Below, one piece after another: positions 45,275 to 49,172 of a DNA stretch of 49,172 nucleotides. The stretch is from Pseudomonadota bacterium (GTDB lineage Bacteria; Pseudomonadota; Gammaproteobacteria; Burkholderiales; Burkholderiaceae_C): NCBI GenBank assembly GCA_040384925.1, contig JAZKIK010000465.1, positions 1-49,172 on the forward strand, read 5' to 3'. Made by a program: the position numbers and the translations under genes. Numbering within the stretch: position 1 is the first letter of the stretch; every line of letters begins with the position of its first letter. The notes below the pieces were generated by a model. That model searched no databases. It was not told where the DNA came from and worked only from the letters and a program-made list of their open reading frames with translations.

Positions 45275-46402
45275 TCATCGCCGAAAGCGTCCATCCGGCG
45301 TGACGATGGTCATTTCGACAAAACGCGAACCACGATGGTCAGTAGGGCTGAACTGCAGGCGGTAAGCCCCGATATCGAGAGGACGCGCTTCCAGCGCCGT
45401 GACCAGGCATCGGCGGGTCAGATCCTTGGCGCAGCGTTTGAGCGCCTCGGTGATGACCACGGCATACAGATAACCCTCAAAGGCCGCGTAGCTCGGGTTG
45501 GCCTTGCCAGCCAGCGCTGACTGGCGCTGAAACTCGGCCGCCAAAGGTGATGAGGACGATGGGTTGGGCAAGACCTGCGACACAATCACACCCGCCAGTT
45601 CCCTGGGCGACGCCGTGCTGGCCAGCATTTGTGAGCCGGCTTCGCTCATCACATAAAACTGCTGCGTACAAGCCTGCTTTTTGGCCTGGCGTATCACGGC
45701 CACCGTGCTGCGGGCGTCCAGCGCCATCACCAGTGCCTGCGGGCTATTTTTGCACAGCGTTGCAACGGCCTGTGCCACGGCAGCATCGCTGGCTGCCAAT
45801 GGCAACCGGGCACGGGCAGTGGGCAAAATGGCCAGCCGCACCAGTTCGGTATTAAAAGTCTCCAGCGCGGCGCGGCCTGCTGCATCGTCCTGAGTGATGA
45901 TGGCAATGTCGGTCAGGCCTATGGTGTCAAGTTGCAGCACCATGGCCACCGACTCGTCCCGTGCACCGGCGCGCAGATTGAACAGGGCCGGGCGCACAGG
46001 GTCGCGCAGCACTTCAGCCCCGCTGGCTATGCCAATCACCGGCACACCGGCCTCATCCCACAGTGGCAGGGCGGCTTCGATGGATGCAGAACCGTGGTAA
46101 CCCGTCAAGGCCAGTACACCTGTCGCCAGCAGTTCCTGTGTGTTGAGCACCGCACGTTCAGGCAAACCGGCATCATCACGCACCAGCAGGTCAATCTGCC
46201 GCCCGGCAATACCACCCGCCGCATTGACCTGTGCAAAACCCAGGTTCAGTCCGCGCTGCAGTTCCAGACCATAAGGTGCCAGCGCCCCCGAAAGTGGTGT
46301 TGACATGCCCAGCACCAGCTTTTGGCTGCTCACGCCGGGCTCTGCCAGGGCCATGCCATGCGCGAACAGCAGGGCCTGCAGCAACAAGACAAAACGTTTC
46401 AT
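45275..46402 (-). CDS. ABC substrate-binding protein, type 1 periplasmic (Liv-like) fold
   Basis: LGMSTPLSG, VNAAGGIAGRQI, DD, FNLRA, FEGY. Confidence 0.88.
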   Translation of the reverse strand: MKRFVLLLQALLFAHGMALAEPGVSSQKLVLGMSTPLSGALAPYGLELQRGLNLGFAQVNAAGGIAGRQIDLLVRDDAGLPERAVLNTQELLATGVLALTGYHGSASIEAALPLWDEAGVPVIGIASGAEVLRDPVRPALFNLRAGARDESVAMVLQLDTIGLTDIAIITQDDAAGRAALETFNTELVRLAILPTARARLPLAASDAAVAQAVATLCKNSPQALVMALDARSTVAVIRQAKKQACTQQFYVMSEAGSQMLASTASPRELAGVIVSQVLPNPSSSSPLAAEFQRQSALAGKANPSYAAFEGYLYAVVITEALKRCAKDLTRRCLVTALEARPLDIGAYRLQFSPTDHRGSRFVEMTIVTPDGRFRR

Positions 46403-48852
46403 ACGCTGCCAGCCGCCAAAGGTGAAACATGCAAATCCCGCGCTGCCAGCTCACGGCTTTTTTCAACTGGCGCGGGCTTGAGCAAAAAGTGCGCAAGCGC
46501 TGGCAGCAGAACCAGTGCGCCCAGCATGTTCCACAAAAACATGAAAGCCAGCAGCAAACCCATGTCAGCCTGGAACTTGATGGGGCTGAAGCTCCAGGTA
46601 ATCACCCCAATTGCCAGCGTGACACCGGTCAGCATGACCACCTTGCCGGTAAACAGCAGGGAGCGGTAATAGGCCTGCGACAGGCTTTCACCCTCGCGCA
46701 AGCGGGCCAGGGTGACACTCAGGATGTACAGCGCGTAGTCAACACCTATGCCCACACCCAGGGCAATCACCGGCAGGGTCGCCACTTTCACGCCCATACC
46801 CAGGGCAACCATCAAGGCTTCGGCAAGCAGGGAAGTCAGTACCAGCGGCAACACCGCAACCACCACGGCCCGCCATGACCGGAAGGTGATGAAACACAGC
46901 AGCACCACCGCGCCGTACACCAGAAACAGCATCTGCCGCCAGGCGGACTTGACCACCCTATTGGTCGCAGCTTCGATGCCGGCGGAGCCTGCAGCCAGCA
47001 GAAATTCGCTATCCGGGCCGTTGTTGTCGCGTGCAAAGGCCTCCACATGCTCTACCACCCTGGTCAGGGTGTCGGCCTTGTGATCCCGCAGGTAAACATA
47101 CACCGTCAGCAGTCCGCAACTGTCGTTGTACAAACCACGCGGGGCACCGGCAGTCACGGTATTGAGCATCTGCTGGTTTTGCAAAAACTCGTACCACTTG
47201 GGGTTGCCTTCATTCAGGCCCGACAGGACGCGCCGGTTAAGCAATGCCAGGGTATTGGTTGACTCCACGCCCTCAAGCTGGCGCAGTTCCCACTCCAGCA
47301 CATCCACCTTGTTCAGCGTGCTGTAGCTGGAGCACTGTCCCTCAGGGGTTTTGACCATCACGGCCAGCACATCACTGGAGGCACCATAAGCCGCCGTCAT
47401 GAAGGCCACATCGCGGTTGTAGCGGCTGTCGGCGCGCAGTTCCGGTGCGCCGGGGTCAAGGTCACCGATCTTCAACTGGGTGCTGAGGGCAAAACCGGCC
47501 ACACCAAGCACACCGGCCACCACCACCGCCACCCCAGCCCAGCGCCGCTGTGTGAAAAGGTCAAGCCAGGCCCACAGGCTTGCCTTTCCAGCAGCGCCTT
47601 CACCTGCATTCTCGGCGCGCAGGCTGCGCGCGGCGGCCTGCGCACTGACGCCGGTGTATGACAGCAGCACCGGCAGCAGTATCAGGTTGGTAAAAATCAG
47701 CGCGGCAACCCCGATGGACGCCGCAACGGCCAGCTCGCGAATCACCTGTATGTCAATCACCAGCAGCACGGCAAAACCCACTGCATCGGCCAGCAGGGCA
47801 GTCAGGCCAGCCAGGAACAGCCGCCTGAAAGTAAAACGGGCAGCCACCAGCTTGTGCATGCCCCGGCCCACATCCTGCATGATGCCGTTCATCTTCTGTG
47901 CACCATGGCTCATGCCGATGGCAAACACCAGAAACGGCACAAGAATCGAATACGGGTCCAGTGCATAACCCAGGGTTGGCAACATGCCTAGCTGCCACAC
48001 CACCGCCACCAGTGAAGCCAGCACCACCAGAGCGGTAGAACGCCAGCACCGCGTGTACCAGAACACCGTCACCGTTGCGATGGCAACCGCCAGTGCAAAA
48101 AACAGCAACACCGCACGTACACCGTCAATCAGGTCACCCACGATCTTGGCAAAACCGGTGATGTGAATCTCGACACCTTCTGCCTGGTACTGGCTGCGCA
48201 GTTGCTCCAGGCTTGCCGAGAGCCGGGCATAGTCCAGCGCCCGCCCGTTGGCGTCCTTGATGAGCAAGGGCACAAAAATCACGCTCGAACGTGCGTCCCT
48301 TGCCACCAGTTGCCCTTGCTCACCCGACCTGGCCACATTGGCGCTCAGCTGTTGCAGAGATTTGGCCGAGCCGTCGTAACCCTCGGGTATCACCGGACCG
48401 CCCTCCAGCCCTTCCTCGGTCACACCAACCCAGCGTGTGGTGGGTGTCCAGAGTGACTTCATCCGGGCACGGTCAACACCAGGCAGCAAAAACACCTGGT
48501 CGCTGAGCTTGCGTAGCGTCTCCAGATATCGGGCGTCATAAATCGACTGCGCGCCACTCGTGGCCGGAACCGCAACAGCAATCCGGACGGCATTGCCCAG
48601 ACCAGTCAACTCGGACTGGTACTTGAGGTAGTTCTGGATATACGGGCTGTTGACGGGAATCGTTTTTTCAAAACTTGCATTGAGCTGCAGCCGACTCGCC
48701 TGCCAGCCCAGCAACACGGTGACCATGGCACACAAGACAATGACCAGCCAGCGGTGGTTAAAAAGCGCCCGCTCTATCAGCGACCCGGACTGCGCATCAA
48801 ACCCGCCTGCGTCACCAGCCGCTCCGGCACTGGAATAAGCCGCGCCGCTCAC
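46399..48852 (-). CDS. RND/MMPL-family transporter
   Basis: Two-repeat TM architecture; LVFAIGMSHG, LGVGIGVDY, FQADMG. Confidence 0.9.
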   Translation of the reverse strand: MSGAAYSSAGAAGDAGGFDAQSGSLIERALFNHRWLVIVLCAMVTVLLGWQASRLQLNASFEKTIPVNSPYIQNYLKYQSELTGLGNAVRIAVAVPATSGAQSIYDARYLETLRKLSDQVFLLPGVDRARMKSLWTPTTRWVGVTEEGLEGGPVIPEGYDGSAKSLQQLSANVARSGEQGQLVARDARSSVIFVPLLIKDANGRALDYARLSASLEQLRSQYQAEGVEIHITGFAKIVGDLIDGVRAVLLFFALAVAIATVTVFWYTRCWRSTALVVLASLVAVVWQLGMLPTLGYALDPYSILVPFLVFAIGMSHGAQKMNGIMQDVGRGMHKLVAARFTFRRLFLAGLTALLADAVGFAVLLVIDIQVIRELAVAASIGVAALIFTNLILLPVLLSYTGVSAQAAARSLRAENAGEGAAGKASLWAWLDLFTQRRWAGVAVVVAGVLGVAGFALSTQLKIGDLDPGAPELRADSRYNRDVAFMTAAYGASSDVLAVMVKTPEGQCSSYSTLNKVDVLEWELRQLEGVESTNTLALLNRRVLSGLNEGNPKWYEFLQNQQMLNTVTAGAPRGLYNDSCGLLTVYVYLRDHKADTLTRVVEHVEAFARDNNGPDSEFLLAAGSAGIEAATNRVVKSAWRQMLFLVYGAVVLLCFITFRSWRAVVVAVLPLVLTSLLAEALMVALGMGVKVATLPVIALGVGIGVDYALYILSVTLARLREGESLSQAYYRSLLFTGKVVMLTGVTLAIGVITWSFSPIKFQADMGLLLAFMFLWNMLGALVLLPALAHFLLKPAPVEKSRELAARDLHVSPLAAGSV

Positions 48853-49172
48853 TTTGCCACTCCCATGGCCGCGCTCTTTGCCACGCCATCTGGCATCGCG
48901 CCTGCCGCCTGCACATGCCGTATTCCGGCGACACCCAAAGCCAGCACACCCCGGTCGCGATTGGGCAACAAGCCGCTCAATGAAGGCAAAGCCGTCTTGT
49001 TGACGGGCACCAACACACCGGCCTGAAGACGCGATACAAAACCAGACTGATTGGCCAGCAGCACCGCACCATCACCGTCAAGTGCCGATGCCGTCCATGT
49101 CACCGGCATGGCTGCGTTTATCTGCAGCCAGTTCGCACCGGCCTGGGTGCCGTTCGCGGCGGTGCCCCCGTC
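48849..49172 (-). CDS. YCF48/BNR-repeat beta-propeller protein, 3' part (5' end outside window)
   Basis: The frame is open to the window edge (DGG...NWLQI...GAVLLANQSG...LALGVAGI). It overlaps the RND start, a common pairing for this RND family. Confidence 0.65.
   Translation of the reverse strand, partial: DGGTAANGTQAGANWLQINAAMPVTWTASALDGDGAVLLANQSGFVSRLQAGVLVPVNKTALPSLSGLLPNRDRGVLALGVAGIRHVQAAGAMPDGVAKSAAMGVAK

Noticed and set aside
36910-45303. Long plus-strand ORFs (36910-37878, 38999-39886, 40749-41849, 43053-44123, 44260-45303)
   Set aside because: They are antisense shadows of well-supported minus-strand genes in GC-rich DNA and carry no recognisable motifs.
1-49172. CRISPR array, tRNA/rRNA, integrase or prophage genes
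   Set aside because: I saw no regularly spaced repeats, RNA gene signatures, recombinase motifs or phage motifs by eye. Small ncRNAs cannot be excluded without a covariance search.

Overview
GC-rich betaproteobacterial DNA, probably Comamonadaceae (an inference from gene style), with five blocks. (1) Core ybeD-lipB-lipA genes (1-1864). (2) An ~18 kb aromatic/polyphenol catabolic region: LysR, two Bug receptors, two porins, two 4,5-dihydroxyphthalate-decarboxylase-like paralogues, a DesZ/LigZ-type dioxygenase, LigJ, a LigI-like amidohydrolase, an HpcH aldolase, a ThDP enzyme, an AraC gene flanked by two copies of a promoter-like element, an exported lactonase and a Tat-exported TolB-like beta-propeller. 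(3) A SWIM-SNF2 helicase. (4) An ~12 kb island (about 23.5-35.4 kb) between two 275-bp, ~90% identical direct repeats of the 3' end of an EthD-like gene. It encodes an unusual partner-switching system with no sigma factor: Cache-PP2C phosphatase, RsbW-like kinase, STAS protein, GPP34/GOLPH3-like protein, an NCS2 permease with a degenerate HATPase-like tail, a HEXXH/DUF6421-like metalloenzyme fused to an RsbW-like domain, a SAM methyltransferase, and amino-acid ABC binding proteins and permeases with no ATPase and eroded EAA loops. It also holds an ISAzo13 remnant and a CTAG-flanked MITE. (5) An fde-like flavonoid catabolic operon with an MMPL/RND and BNR-repeat module that runs off the window end. 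No rRNA, tRNA or CRISPR array was seen. All family calls come from recognising motifs by eye; no database searches were run.
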